DNA from: Octopus sinensis
Taxonomy: Eukaryota
Direction: 5' to 3'
Assembly (NCBI RefSeq): GCF_006345805.1
Contig: NC_043001.1
Span: forward strand, 12,648,001-12,712,000
DNA length: 64,000 nucleotides
Notes under the pieces: generated by a model
Databases searched by the model: none
What the model was told of the DNA's origin: nothing
What the model saw: the letters and a program-made list of their open reading frames with translations, nothing else
In this document: positions 27,118 to 42,310 of the stretch, piece after piece
Position numbering within the stretch: the first letter of the stretch is position 1
How the letters are laid out: each line of letters begins with the position of its first letter
Translations under genes and position numbers: made by a program

Positions 27118-27672
27118 TGTTGTTCTTTGTTCCTTCTTGAGCCACGCCTGGCTCATAGGGCCGGTTTCCGGTTTCCTTGGCGTATAGGTTCCCCACCTGG
27201 ACGGGACGCCAGTCCGTCGCAGGTGAGCTGCAAGATGCAGGAGGAAAGAGTGAGAGAATGTTGTGGCGAAAGTGTCAGCAGAAGTTCGTCGTTACCTTCT
27301 GCCGGAGCCGCGTGGAGCTCAGGTGTTTCGCTCATAATCACACACATCACCCGGTCTGAAATTCGAACCCGCGGTCCCTCAACCACGAGTCCTCTGCTCT
27401 AACCACTACGCCACGTGCTTCCCATTGGTGTATAGGTTTCCCCAACTGGACTGGAAGCCAGTCCGTTGCAGGTGAGCTGCAAATGCAGGAGGAAAGAGTG
27501 AGAGAAAGTTGTGGCAAAAGAGTCAGCAGAAGTTCACCATTACCTTCTGCCGGAGCAGCGTAGAGCTTAGGTGTTTCGCTCATAAACACACACATCGCCC
27601 GGCCTGAGATTCGAACCAGCGGTCCTTCGACCGCGAGTCCGCTGCTCCAACCACTAGGCCATGTGCCTCCAC
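27118..27672 (-). mobile_element. Head-to-tail dimer of SINE subfamily C2 (27118-27420 and 27421-27672)
   Basis: Two copies of caggaggaaagagtgagaga..ttcgaacc.gcggtcc..aaccacta.gcca. Homologous to 42858-43167. Confidence 0.85.
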
Positions 27673-29100
27673 AGAATCAACCTTGGCAGAATCTGAACTC
27701 AGAACCTAACGAGCTAGAGGAAAGGTGGCTAAGTATTTTGTCCAACGTCTCCGAAGTAAGAAGGAATGATCGGTGACGTAGTTTATTGGAAGATGTTCGC
27801 AATTTTATTTCCTAATTCACCATCGACTGTGTCATTTACAAACATTACACTAACTCTACGTAGCCATATACATTGCCATGGTAAATTACACGTGTCAATT
27901 ACTCCATGAGATTGATTTGCTGTGCAATGGGATTTCCATCCATACACTCCCACACACATAAATATATGTAATCAATAACACGCTCGTAGAATTTACAGCA
28001 GTGGCAGTAGCAGTAGCCGTGACAACTGCAACAAAGGCGATGGTTCGTCCGATAATAACACCAGCAAACATAACGACAAGCACAGCAGCGAGAAATAGAT
28101 TTTGGTAGCGCTAGAAAGCTTTAAAAAAAATAGCACTATTATCACGGCCATAAATACAAACGACGTAACCTGTAGCATAACGCGGTAAGCAGAACAATTG
28201 CTAACGGTTTCGCCGATGGAAAATGCTAATATTTTTTTTATCACTGCAAGATATCTACGATATCATAGAATTGGTGAGTGGGGGATAGTGTCCTTACAAG
28301 TACCATCGGCAATAAACGAGGAGATACTTAATGAAAATTAGTGTATAGGTCTATGTCCACGTGGCTGATGTCCAGTTATGTGAAGCAAACGACACAAGTT
28401 TAAGTTGAAATATGCCCCCAAAGCAATGTAGGACATCGGAAACTATATCGCTCGAGGATGAATGATGGGAAAAGTTGAGGTGATACTGAAGAGGACAGCA
28501 GTGGAAATATTGTGATACGCTTAGAAATATTAAGAAATATTTCTCATACAGATATTCAAGGTCAAACAATAATATCCGCGCTAAAGGTCTACAGGCTTTG
28601 AAAAGAAAATTAATGGGTAGAGATTGGAGCCGTTAATCTAAGTAGACAAACAATTCGCGGAAGGAATCGCTGGCCTTATCGACCTGCCTAGTGGTTCGCT
28701 ACTGTGCGCAGTGTTTGGAAGCAGAAGGTTACATTTCCATACACGTGGAAACAACCATTGAAGGGCTTCTGTGCGCATTAAAGCGGGGGAAACGTCGGGT
28801 TCTATTGTTGCCTAAAAGATTGCCACAAGATAAACAAGATAAAAAAAATGGAATTCATAGTATAACGTACCTTACATGTACTGAAAACAACGACGAGAAA
28901 GCAAGAAGAGCACTGTCGTCAGAATGAATAATAAAACAAAGTGCTACGAATAAATCAGTCAACAAATGAGGGTCTATTATCACTAACACCTGCGCACCCA
29001 CCTGATCACTATCATCACTAACACCTGCGCATTCAACCACCTGATCTGTCAAGCAGAGTAGAAGCATAGACAGACGCATTCAATTGCATAGCAATACCTC

Positions 29101-29495
29101 GCGGAGAGCTGGCAGAAACGTTAGCACGACGGGCGAAATGCGTAGCCGTATTTCGTCTGTCGTTACGTTCTGAGTTCAAATTCCGCCGAGGTCAGCTTTG
29201 CCTTTCATCCTTTCGGGGTCGATAAATTAAGTGCCAGTTACGCACTGGGGTCGATGTAACTGACTTAACCCGTTTGTCTGTCCTTGTTTGTCCTCTCTGT
29301 GTTTAGCCCCACGTGGGTAGTAAAGAAATAGGTATTTCGTCTGGCTTTACGTTCTGAGTTCAAATTCCGCCGAAGTCGACTTTTCCTTTCATCCTTTCGT
29401 GGTCGATAAATTAAGTACCAATTGTGGACTGGAGTCGATTTAATCGACAGGCCTCATCCCCTAGAATTTCGAGCCTTGTGCCTAGAATAGTAAAG
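29101..29495 (+). mobile_element. SINE family B with two tandem units
   Basis: Head gcggagagctggcagaaacgttagcac and junction aaagaaataggtatttcgtc at ~29322-29341. Confidence 0.88.
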
Positions 29496-29647
29496 AATAC
29501 TTCGTTTCTCAACTTGTCTTCGAATCTTTGTCGATCGATGACGAAAAGGCGAACCATTTCCTTTGCCTCCTACCGGAAGCAATGGAGAGGATTAGCATTT
29601 TTACAAAACACACCTTATAATTAAAACAAAAGAGCCACACAAAGCAG

Positions 29648-30062
29648 TACTCTTTACTCTTTTACTCTTTTACTTGTTTCAGTCATTGGACTGCGGCCAT
29701 GCTGGAGCACTGCATTTAGTCGAGCAAATTGACCCCGAGACTTATTCTTTGTAAGCCCAGTACTTATTCTATCGGTCTCTTATGCCGAACCGCTAAGTGA
29801 CGGGGACGTAAACACACCAGCATCGGTTGTCAAGCAATACTAGGGGGACAAACACAGACACACAAACACACACATACATATACATATACATACATATATA
29901 CGACAGGCTTCTTTCAGTTTCCGTCTACCAAATCCACTCACAAGGCATTGGTCGGCCCGGGGCTATAGCAGAAGACACTTGCCGAAGATGCCACGCAGTG
30001 GGACTGAACCCGGAACCATGTGGTTGGTTAGCAAGCTACTTACCACACAGCCACTCCTGCGC
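29648..30062 (-). mobile_element. SINE family A, full length
   Basis: Head, core, internal microsatellite and tail ending in actcttttactc repeats. Confidence 0.9.
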
Positions 30063-30315
30063 TCATTAAACTACAACACCAACGTAGCGTTGGCAGAATT
30101 ACTAAATCAGAATTACTATCCTTTGTTCATCCACATTACTAAGTATTCATTATCAGTCACATTAAAAAATGTTGATTCTGGTATTATATAGAAAAAAAAA
30201 ACAACAGTGATAAACAAATCTCTGACGTCACATATAGCTAATGAACAAGGTACAATTCGTTCTCTCGGCGATAAAAGTATCGCTTTGGAACGGCATGCTT
30301 TAATTCTTACTTAAA

Positions 30316-30714
30316 TCTTTATATATAAAAGTGAGGTTGTGTGCTGTCCGTCTCCTACGATTTAGATTCCTAACTACTCCCACATTTTGCGGTGCAGTTT
30401 CACCAAAACCGGGTATCTTATAGTCGTGATTCATATCGAGCCCTTCTGGGTATTAGCGCGCGTCTACGATGAGACTACGATTATTAAAAAAAATTACCAT
30501 CATTTTTTCCCAATTTAATGCATTTTTTCGCTATTTTATAACGGAAGTAACTCTCTAAAAATGTCTACGATGAGTCAACGATTTAAAAAAAAAATTACCA
30601 TAATTTTTTTCCCATTTTTAATGCATTTTTAAAACTATTTTTTGGCTAAAACTCTCTAAAAATGCTTATATAGTTATTTCCCTTACAAACCCGAGCAACG
30701 TCGGGCGATACTAG
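30316..30714 (+). mobile_element. Complete 399-bp non-autonomous Helitron
   Basis: Starts with TC after A30315. Ends with the hairpin CCCGA-GCAACG-TCGGG (30690-30705) and CTAG (30711-14) before T, with no TSD. An internal ~100-bp duplication (gtctacgatgag..ttaccat) is present. Confidence 0.85.
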
Positions 30715-30840
30715 TTAGATATACAAAAGAAAGCCACAAAATTGAAGTATTTGTCTCCTGAAGGCGTTTCGTATAGATTCCCAGTTCTAAAATGCACGAA
30801 AGTGTAACAGCAGCCGTCTTGTGCTTTTTTAATAATATAT

Positions 30841-31346
<506 letters not shown>

Positions 31347-32630
31347 ATCATTGTAATGTAAACTAAAGATGATGTTGTGCTGTACAGAAACTACTTTCGT
31401 AGCTACAAAAGAATTCTTACACAACCCGCCAGCTTTTTATGAAATAAGTGATACGTGAGTCATTGCTTAGCCAGTACACGTACATGCGAAATTTGTGTTT
31501 GTATGTGGTTGATAGAAAATATTTACTACTGATGACGTGCAAAAACACAGAAATCGTGATTTACGCATCCTAATGCCGCAGTTGGACGCTTTGCCTATGG
31601 CTTCTGTTAGTAATAGACTTCTGATTTTTTAGTAGTACACGTTTATATTGTACTTCTACGGCTTTCTACATTATACCCACGTTAAGTATCCTATACAGAA
31701 TTATGTGGTGTGTGTATGTGTGTTCGTATGCGGTTGCATGTGCGTGTGTGTGTGTGTGAGTGCGTGTGTATGTGTACGTGTGTATATGTATGCGAGTCAT
31801 ATCCAATGTTACAACAAGAACTGGAAAAAGTTACAAATGTCAATTGGACGTGCACAGTGAAAGTTACAAATAGAAAAATGGAGTTAGCGTTTCGAGCATG
31901 GCTCTTCGTCCGGAAACAGAGGAATGTCTAGAGAAGAGGAAGAGGAGCAAGGAGCATATAGTTTAAGAGGACATTCCGGACATTGGTCCATCTGTCTTGT
32001 ATTTGTCTGGTTCTCAGTTATTTTTATAATCAGGTTTTCCCTCTGTTGTGTTTTCTCTTGGTTTTCCTCTTACTGTGTTTTCTCATGGTTGTGTTATTTC
32101 TGTCCAATCCTTGATTTGTATGTGTTTGTATGTGTGTGTGTGTGTGTGTGTCCATGTGTGTGTGTGTGTGTGTCCATGTCTGTGTGTGTGTGTCCATGTG
32201 TGCGTGTGTGTGTGTGTTTGTGTTGTGTGTACATATAAAAAAACAGCGTTGCAGTGCACTTAAAACATTTTGACGACGAAGAATGTGGGAAGACAGAAAA
32301 TAGACGGCTACTAACAATAGAGTAAGTTAAATAAAACCTTGGTATATTTCTTTAACTCTGAAGTTTGAGCACGAAATATATTTAGGTTTTATTAAACTTT
32401 CCTTATTGTTAGAAGCTATTTCCTCACTCTCCACATTCTTTTATGCATACATACATACATACACACACACACGCGCATATATATATAAGTATATGTCTAT
32501 TTTAAATCGGGAACTTAAAAGTGATCCGTAGCTCCCATCTCAGTTGCGAGCTTGAGACCCTGATAATCGGTTGCATCACTCACCCAGCGTACATATACGT
32601 TTAGATTACCAGTGAAATAAAAACCCATAT

Positions 32631-32696
<66 letters not shown>

Positions 32697-33158
32697 TATA
32701 ATTTAGAGTATCTAAGAGATATCTCTACGCTGGAAATAGCAGCCAAACCTTGACTCTAAAACCGCATGTGGTTTTATATATGTATGTATGTATATATATA
32801 TGTATATATAGATTTGTTTTCAGCGTAAATTGAGTTTAACGTAAGATAGAGTCTTATAATGCTAGATATATATGTCCTAAATTTGCAGAAAAAAATTTTG
32901 TTGTTTGGTCAGTTTAGCTTAAAGGTAAAGCACTAAACGCGTAATCACAGGGATGAATCGCGTCTCATGGCCGGCCGCCAACACATCTTTCTGCAAAATA
33001 TATGTAGTTTATCCTGTTCATGCTATATTAATAGCACTATCCTGCGTTTGAGGATATATAATTATTTCCTTACCTGTATCTTTCAATACATCTTAACGCT
33101 TCTAAAGCAAACTTTGTTTACTTTCATTGTAATTTGAATTTAACACATAAATATATAT

Positions 33159-33214
<56 letters not shown>

Positions 33215-33449
33215 CCGTCCTCTTTTGAGTATGAGTGTCTTTGTGTTTCTCCATTCATCAACTGATTGCTAATGTTGTTTTATTTATATCCCTTAACATG
33301 ATAGTTCGGGGGAAAAGAAGACGCAATCCTACCGTAGCTAAAGTAGTAATTTGTTGGGTCGATTTGTTTGACTGAATCTTTGAAGGCTCTGCTGTAGCAT
33401 GGCCGTTGTGCAAATGTTAAAACAAGTAAAAATAGAACTTAAAAGTATA

Positions 33450-33800
33450 CAAGATGTGGCCAGGTAGTAAGTCACTTGTCTCCCAGTCATACGGTTCAGT
33501 CCCACTCAGTGGCACCTAGGCTAAGTGTTCTCCACTGTAATCTTGGGCGGACCAAAGACTAGTGGGTGGATTTCGTAGACGATATTGGCAGATTTGGTAG
33601 ATGGATTTGTGTACTTGTGCTTGTTCCTCCCACCAACGCCTGACAACCGACGCTGGTTTGTTTATGTCCCTGTAACTTAGCTGTGCGGAAAAAAAAAACC
33701 TATGTAATAGGTTTACAAACAGTAAGTTGTGAGGTCGATTTCTTCGACTAAAATTTGTTAAAGTGATGTTCCAAGTGGAAGAATAAGAAAAATAACCCGA
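33450..33800 (+). mobile_element. Diverged SINE family A
   Basis: cggttcagtcccactcagtggcacctagg..gtggatttcgtagacg..tttatgtccctgtaacttagc. Confidence 0.65.
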
Positions 33801-33841
33801 ATGCACGAGCAAGTGCGTATGCGTGTATGTATGTGTATGTA

Positions 33842-33911
<70 letters not shown>

Positions 33912-34012
33912 TAGATAGATAAACAGACAGACAGGTAGCTAGACAGACAGATGGACAGATAGATAGATAGATAAGTAGATAAAAGGAAATATATGTATGT
34001 ATATATATGTGT

Positions 34013-34090
<78 letters not shown>

Positions 34091-35202
34091 GGATAGATAT
34101 GATAGATATGATAGACAGATAGATAGATATATAATATCATATTATGTAGGTATAGATGATATATTTTTCTTTGTGCATCACATATTTTCGCAAATGAGAT
34201 TTAAGCTGCAGATGTTTGAGTGAAAATAGCACTTCTTCTCAAATACCAATCAGTATAGGTTCTGCTATTCTGCTCTGCACGTACATAAATGCATAAATAT
34301 AAACATACATACACATATTACATTATAGTATACCATATATTTTATTATATGTATATATTCATATGAGCAGATGCGTGAGCGCGTTGTGTGTGTTTGTGTG
34401 TGTCTGTGCGTATGCGTGTGTGTATCATGAACGTATGTACGCATGGCTGTTCGACACAATCTACATTTCTCCATTTCTGCTTATTATGCCAACGTTTCAC
34501 GTATGCATGTTCTTTTAAGTTGATCAGTGAAACATATGATAGGCTAATCATGATGCATGGTAAAGAATCCAATATCTAATAGGGAAAGTTATAATGATAA
34601 TATGTGTGCGAAAGCTATCTGAACACGCATATGGCGGAGAGAATGCCGAAGACACATATCCACGTCTATATTTATTCCAATCAACTTACTCCACTTTGCT
34701 AACCTTGTTCCCTAACAGGCTCTCTCGTTCATTGAGTGTTTGCATATTCTATGATCAATATATAGCAAGTAGTCCGGGCAGATATTCAATAGCCTAGAAC
34801 TAAATAGCTTAAAGAAATTACCTACATCAATTTAGATTCTGTCATCAGATGAAACCACGATCGATTTTCATAATCTTCCTACTCAATTCGGCTGATAAAA
34901 TAATACCATTAATTTTGTCGGGTACTTTTTTTAACGAAGTGTGGAATTATAGGTCAGCATTTTGACTAATAAAACGTAAACCTATGCATATTAAATTAAG
35001 AGAAATAATGTCCTAGATCGTTCGATTAAATAATTATGCTTACTCCCCTTAATTGTATTCGCTGGTGTGCAAAATAAAATACAGTTAAAACACATATATA
35101 CTTCCATCAGTCACTCCTCTTTACATATACTAAGACACAAAGACACATCCGTACTCACACACACATATAGAGGCGCACGTGTGTATATTGGTGCATGTGT
35201 GC

Positions 35203-35255
<53 letters not shown>

Positions 35256-35321
35256 ATATTATAGTTAAGGCTATCTAATAGATACCACTATAGACAAATG
35301 AACTAGCAATAAAATTATTAG

Positions 35322-35380
35322 TTATTCCCAGATCTAGGTTTCTGGCATAAACATATACTCTGCCTCATCAGTGGGATAAA
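35322..35380 (-). ncRNA. Type I hammerhead-like motif in a short (TA)n-flanked insert (~35256-35400)
   Basis: The reverse complement reads ttatccca-CTGATGA-ggca...tgcc-a-GAAA-cctagaTC-tgggaataa. There is one extra A before GAAA, and stem III is a near-palindrome. Confidence 0.6.
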
Positions 35381-35434
35381 CACAGATAGTACATAATTAC
35401 AAATATACATGTATATATATATTATATATATATT

Positions 35435-35533
<99 letters not shown>

Positions 35534-35686
35534 GAAACATACGAATACTTACATATACGCACGTATACACAATATATATGTACGTATGCATAGGAACGAT
35601 TTAATTGCCCGTCTAAACTTCACGTTAAAAAGCCCCGCAGTGAATATAATGACGAAGTAAATATATATATAAATTTATATAAATAC

Positions 35687-36001
35687 GGATAAGATCGTTG
35701 TTTTAAATACCGATCATATCTAGTGGCTAGCATAGGAATAAAAACCTTATGGGTAATAATTATTATTAAAATTATAATTAAAGGTGTCTAAAAGATACCA
35801 TCATGCTAGAGATTGCAGTCAAAACTTGACTCTAAAACCACATCGAGTCTTCATACAGCACCAGGGGAGAAGACAACTACACAAATATACTAGCAAAAAA
35901 TCTTTTGGATACCCTTAATTATAATTTTAATAATAAATATTACCTATAAGGATTTTTTCCCATGCTGGCCTTTTGATATGATCGATATTATAAAATCTTA
36001 T

Positions 36002-36003
<2 letters not shown>
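35687..36003. mobile_element. (TA)n-flanked element with imperfect ~100-bp inverted ends
   Basis: ggataagat..aaaattataattaaaggtgtc versus gatacccttaattataatttt..atcttatcc. Related to 32692-32780 and 61382-61612. Confidence 0.6.
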
Positions 36004-36071
<68 letters not shown>

Positions 36072-36104
36072 ATTCGAATATCTCGAAGGGTACGTATAAA
36101 GCTG

Positions 36105-36162
<58 letters not shown>

Positions 36163-37099
36163 GTACTCGAATATCTCGAAGGGTACGTATAAAGCTGTAT
36201 ATATATATGTGTGTGTGTGTGTGCTTGTGTGTGTGTAATCTCTATACATGCAGGTCCTGATTGGGAAAGGTGTTAAAATTCTACCTTTGCATATCATTAG
36301 TTAAATATGACATTATTATATTTTATATTATTTAAATATCGTCTGGTTTAGCTCCTTATAAGTTTTATACACTGTATACCTGTATACGCATTCCTACGTA
36401 TGAATTGCGCTTCATCAATCGAAAGACGTAAACAAATAATACCCCAGATAATATAACTGTGTATTATATTATTTTTCATTAATGAAAATGTTATTGCTGA
36501 CATTTGTATAGGCAGCAATATTTAATATTCAGCTGAATATTGCAAGAAATATTACTTCTTTGTGTAAAAAGTAAATTAGGATATCAGATGAACCGTCATT
36601 TGTCATTAGCGAACGATGTCTCTAGATCTACATAAGAGGCAAAAATATATTTCTACTCTTATCTGCTTAAACATTAACATCCAAGGTCCAACTATTGAAA
36701 AACACATCTGTCTGATTCTACTAGGTCCAATATTCCGCTTCGATTGAAATAATTTAAAAAAGAAAATTTGCAGACACTTGTAATATATAATTCGGAGAAA
36801 AAGTAACAAACATATTCTAAGAATACTGCGATTTTGTGCGATTGGAGTTACCGATTTTTCAGACAAATTCTGTTTAGCTTTGGTGGCGGTCGGAGTGCTT
36901 AGAATGGATAGGGGAACTTGTTCATATCCTCACTTCGTTTGACAGTAACTGATACATCATACATCTATGTTACTTCAAACATGGAGTCATTCAATGATTC
37001 TGTAGATTTGTGAATGGAGATTTTGGTAGAAAGCAGTGTAAGGCCGTTTTTATGGGTCCTAGCAATGTTATAACAACCTTGGGAAGAAGAGCAGTAAGT

Positions 37100-37585
37100 T
37101 TTTTTTATTTTCTTCTTATTGATAGTATATTTTTGTTCGACCATGGTCGAGACAATTTACCATGCTATGCCAGACTTCACGGTCCATCATGGCATTACGG
37201 AGGTCTTGTTGCTGGATGCCTGTATCCCTGGAGATTACATCAGGGTAGGAGAGTGTGCGCCCTCTGGTATTGCGAGTAGAGGGCTTCCAGAGGAGAAGAG
37301 TAGAAATTACTTCTTTTTCAGCTCTACAACAATGTCCAGCAAACTGGACTCTCCTACTTTTCACAAGAGATGACACATGTGGTAGTTTCCCATATATTTG
37401 CATTTTGGTTGGATGGCGCTTCCACTCGAGATTTTGAGCTCTCATAAGGAGGCGAGTGTAGGTTCCATCCAACCGCCTCTCAAGCTTCTTTGATAACGTC
37501 CAGGTTTCTGAGCCATATAGTAGAATTGGTTCGACTGTGGCTTTGAAGATTTCAAGTTTGAAGTCTCTACTTGATAGTATAAACT
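37100..37585 (-). mobile_element. 5'-truncated RTE-clade LINE, RT C-terminus
   Basis: Reads KLEIFKATVEPILLYGSETWTLSKKLERRLDGTYTRLLMRAQNLEWKRHPTK..RRVQFAGHCCR..AMMDREVW (ORF 37116-37472 plus its in-frame upstream extension). Confidence 0.88.
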
Positions 37586-38944
37586 ACAATCAAAAGGTAG
37601 CCATTGATTTTGTATATCGATCCCTCTCATCAAACTTAAAGAAGGGATACGGCATTAAAACATCTCATCTAATAATATTTGATTTCGTACAGCGAAGAAT
37701 TTACAAAGACAAGAGTTGGCAAAAATGAGAGTTTACCCCCAATAGTCTAGCCGACCACTCAACTGTGCTTCAGTTTTGCAAGAACAATCTTAATATTCAA
37801 TGAAGCTGACTTGCAGAAAACGTTGAATAATGAATATCCATTGTGAAGCAAAATTACAAATCTTTGTAAAGGTGACTAATCATACCAAATACCAATCCTG
37901 ATTACACATCGATAACAGGCGCCATATTTGATTATTTTTGATATTCAGAATATTCTGTAATATTGAATTGTGTCGTGGATTATATAAAATTAAATAAAAA
38001 CATTGATTTTAGGAACCAGATACAGACTATGAGTCAAATATACTAGCGTTGACTATAGTATTGCTGAATAGTAAAAGCGTAAATACAAAAATAACAGTAT
38101 ATAATATATATATAATGGATTCTTTCTTCCATGCTCAGATCTCTAGAATCTGATAAATTTTAATACATAGTACAGTGGGTGTGCAACTAATTCGTCATCA
38201 AAATACACATCTAATACCCAGTAAAGTATGTTTACATTAATATTATATAGCAGGAGCAAAACGCCCCCGTCCAATGGACGGTGCTGAGTTGTCAAACATT
38301 TCAACCAAATTTTCTCAAAACAACTTGTCCGACCGTCCTATAGGCCTCCCCTTTCAGAAACACTGATTTAACCTAAATTTGAGACACCAGCAAAAGAAGA
38401 AATAAAGATAGCCTTTTTTCTATTCCAAAGAAAAACGATTTTATTCACACAAATATAGGCAACCGATGAGTTTAAAGTACCAGTAATGATAAGGCTGTTG
38501 GCTGGGAGAACACAAACATGGTTTAAACAGTAAGCTTGGCAGGAAAGAAACGCGCCTTTAAGCAGTACAAAAACAACAAAAAGTGGAAGGTGCAGTTATG
38601 TACAGGTTGACGGAAGGAAAGCAGGACAAAAACGGCTTTATCGATCGCATTCTCACCTGGAATCGATTTTTGTTATTTTTCAAGATTTATACACGTCCTG
38701 ATACCATCGGTATCTACATATTATATTTGAGCACAAATGCATGGAGGATGCTTGATATCCTAGAAGACACACACACAGACAGACAGAACGTATTTTATAT
38801 AATGGATGACATGTCCCAAGGTAGATGTTGAAATGGTTTATAATCTACACTCAAGGCATGTAGGAGTCAAACATTTCTCTAACATTAACACGACTTCAAC
38901 CATAAATACTAGGAAGTTATTCTAATATAAATTCTGACTTTCTA

Positions 38945-39345
38945 AATTATTATTTTGAGATTTTGGCACAAGGCCAGCAATTTCGGGGAAGGTGTAAGTG
39001 GATTACATTGATCCCAGTACACAACTGGTACATAGTTTAATGAACCATGAAAGGATGAATGGCAGAATCGACTTTGGTGGAATTTATACCCATACCGTAT
39101 AGCCGGACAAAATGCCTATTCCTTTACTACCCATAAGGGGTTACACACACAGGGAACAAACAAGGACAAACAAACGTATTAAGTCGATTAGATCGACCCC
39201 AGTTCGTAACTAGTACTTAATTTATCGACTCCGAAAGAATGAAAGGCAAAGTCGACCATGGCGGAATTTGAACTCAGAACGTAACGGCAGGCGAAATACG
39301 GCCACGCATTTCGCCCGGTGTGGTAACGATTCTGCCCGCATTCCA
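38945..39345 (-). mobile_element. SINE family B, two units
   Basis: Cores at ~39040 and ~39225 with junction atgcctattcctttactaccc at ~39111. Confidence 0.8.
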
Positions 39346-39729
39346 CTTTACCATTGTAAATTATTAAGAATTACATTGCTATCCACAGGAAAATTAGTTT
39401 CCGAGAAATATTCACATACGCACGCACACACGTACACACAGAGGCAGACAGACACACACATACACACACACACATGTATTCAAACACCCGAATGGGGTTA
39501 AGATCTTCGCTTCGTTTCTTTGAGACCCCGAGTTGGATCAATCTGTGTGTAAATCTGAGAATACCCTCGGTTTGCCCCGAACATGTTAGTAAAAGCAAGC
39601 AGAATAAAATGGTAGGTACCACCTTGTCACGGAAAGTGTGACGCTGATTATTCTACAAAAGAATTAATTTAACCTTACATGCGACTGCATGCCAGTTGAT
39701 CGAACGAAGTTTCGAAGGACTGATATATA

Positions 39730-40139
39730 CCTTTTTCTTTATTGCCTACAGGGGGCTAAACATAGAGGGGACAAACAAGGACAGACAAATTGATTAACTC
39801 GATTACATCGACCCCAGTGCGTAATTGGTACTTAATTTATCGAATGAAAGGCAAAGTCGACCTCGGCGGAATTTGAACTCAGAACGTAACGGCAGATGAA
39901 ATACCTATTTCTTTACTACCCACAAGGGGCTAAACATAGAGGGGACAAACAAGGACAGACAAACGGATTAACTCGATTACATCGACTCCAGTGCGTAATT
40001 GGTAATTAATTTATCGACCCCGAAAGGATGAAAGGCAAAGTCGACCTCGGCGGAATTTGAACTCAGAACGTAGCGGAAGACGAAATACCGCCAAGCATTT
40101 CGTCCGGCGTGCTAACGTTTCTACCAGCTCACCGCCTTC
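39730..40139 (-). mobile_element. SINE family B, two tandem units
   Basis: Junction gatgaaatacctatttctttactaccc at ~39895-39921. Confidence 0.9.
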
Positions 40140-42310
40140 AAAGGACTGAGATATACCACGATATACATACACACCCGCGATCAGATTCACAAACGTTTAT
40201 CGATAGGGAAGGAGTCAGTGACGTGTGTACGCTTAGTGTGTGAGCGAGAACTAATAATATATGGATGGAATATCATTTCCATATGTCCCAACGAGTATTA
40301 TTGGTCGTGAACTGACGCAATATATTATTATTTGTTCCTTGATTATAACCTAAAACGATGCATAATAATTTGAGCGCGTAAAAAGATTAACGACAGCGAA
40401 AGAGGTAACGAGTACTTTAAGCTGTTTAATGGACGCCGAAAACGTTCCTATGTACAGTTGCAGGCTAGGAAATACCGTAAATCAGGGAGTGTATTTGTAC
40501 TGAGGATTGTTAAATTGGATGGCCACTTACGGATTACATTTATTCTTCACATTGATATACGTTTCCGCCCACGCAAGCAGAAACTCGTTAATATCAGTTA
40601 CCTTTTTTTCCTGTACATTTACACGCTGCTAAAATAGTTTGTTTTATTCTATTCTATTCTACTTTCACTTTCATTTTGGGATTTTTACTGTATACATGCA
40701 ATAGCGGCAATCATATAGCATATATTGATTTTTACAGGAATACAAATTTAGCCACAACATTTGAAGAATTTCGTACGTGCTTTCATTCAGATTCATTACT
40801 GAAAGCCTTTTACTTCAAATGTACTGATATTACTCATCGGTTGAGCATGAACGCCATATAATCCCTTATCTTTCTCATTTATATATAAGCCTTTTATTTA
40901 AGTAAGAAATGTATAATATAAAGGCAATTGTATGAAGAAGATATTCACAGAGAATGACTTGTAGTATTTCGTATCACCCTTATACACTTATATGTTTCAG
41001 CTGTCATCGATTAGACCTCTACGATGATCGATAAGAACAGAAACAAATATATCTAAAGATATAAAATTTGTTTCAATATATTCATAGGCGAAGACTTATG
41101 CGTAGTTAAGAAGCTTGTTTTGAAGCCATTTATTTTGTCGTTCAGTCCAGCTGCGAAGCCCCCTTGGGCAAGTATCTTCTCTTGTAGCACTGGGTCAACT
41201 GACGCCTTCTGGGTGAAGTAGGAACATGAAAATTGGGTGAAAACAGCTCGTATGCACAAACACACTCACACACATACACACAAACGCATATCTTTATACA
41301 TGGATACACACATAGAAATATATATACCTCCATACACATACACTCACACGCATATACATGGTAATTCACAAGATGAGGACAAATATCCGTCAATTGTAAA
41401 TAATGTAAATAATGTAAACAATTCGTCATCTCTTAAATATAGAAAAGTACTTACCTATTTGTTTACTTTATATTTCCAACAAATCTAACTCTGTATATCT
41501 ATACTGTTGTTATAGGGGGTATATCTGCCTTTGATGTGTTTTTCCTATTTGTTACGGGGGTTAATCTTACACGCAATGCAGTTCTAACGTGTGAATATGT
41601 TATGCTTGAAGAGGTACGTCCTATATAACTGTGATCTAATGGAGCTCCCTGGTTTTTCAACGATCTTATTGTTGTGTTTAGTCTCCTTTAGAGCTTTCCT
41701 AAATCTACGTGCCAGTTTCCCATTGGCTCTGGCTTCTATAAACATCGCTCCTGGATATTTCTCAACCTTGTCCCATGTGTCTTTGATTTGTCACAAACTC
41801 TCTGTATCCTATTCCAGTCTTTACTGCTGTATCTAGGGTAGGTACCACTGATTTCATTAGATACAATGCTAACTCCTTTCTAGCTCCCCTTCCAACCTGA
41901 ATCCTATCCTTTATACATAGATACACACATTTATATATACCCGCACACACATACAGCCACACGCATATACATCTTTTTGTGTGTGTGTGTGTGTGTGTTT
42001 GTTTAAGCGCCCGTTTGTGTTTGTGTCCCAACACTCAGAAAATCGATTCTATTTTTTTGTTTTCCCGTCGCTTAGTGACTAGGCAAAAAAAGGACGATAA
42101 GATATCTTAAGATAAATATATAACTTACAGAAATATGTAAGTACCAGAGGTGAGTTGTTAGATTAAAGAAATACCTTCAAAGTGATACCCAGCATGGCAG
42201 TAATCCAAAAAGTGAAACTCTCAGCAGGTAATGAAATGATAGAGAAGTTTTATCTTTAGAAAACTGTGTTCCTCTAATAACTTCGGGGATTAACGATATA
42301 GAAGAAAAAC

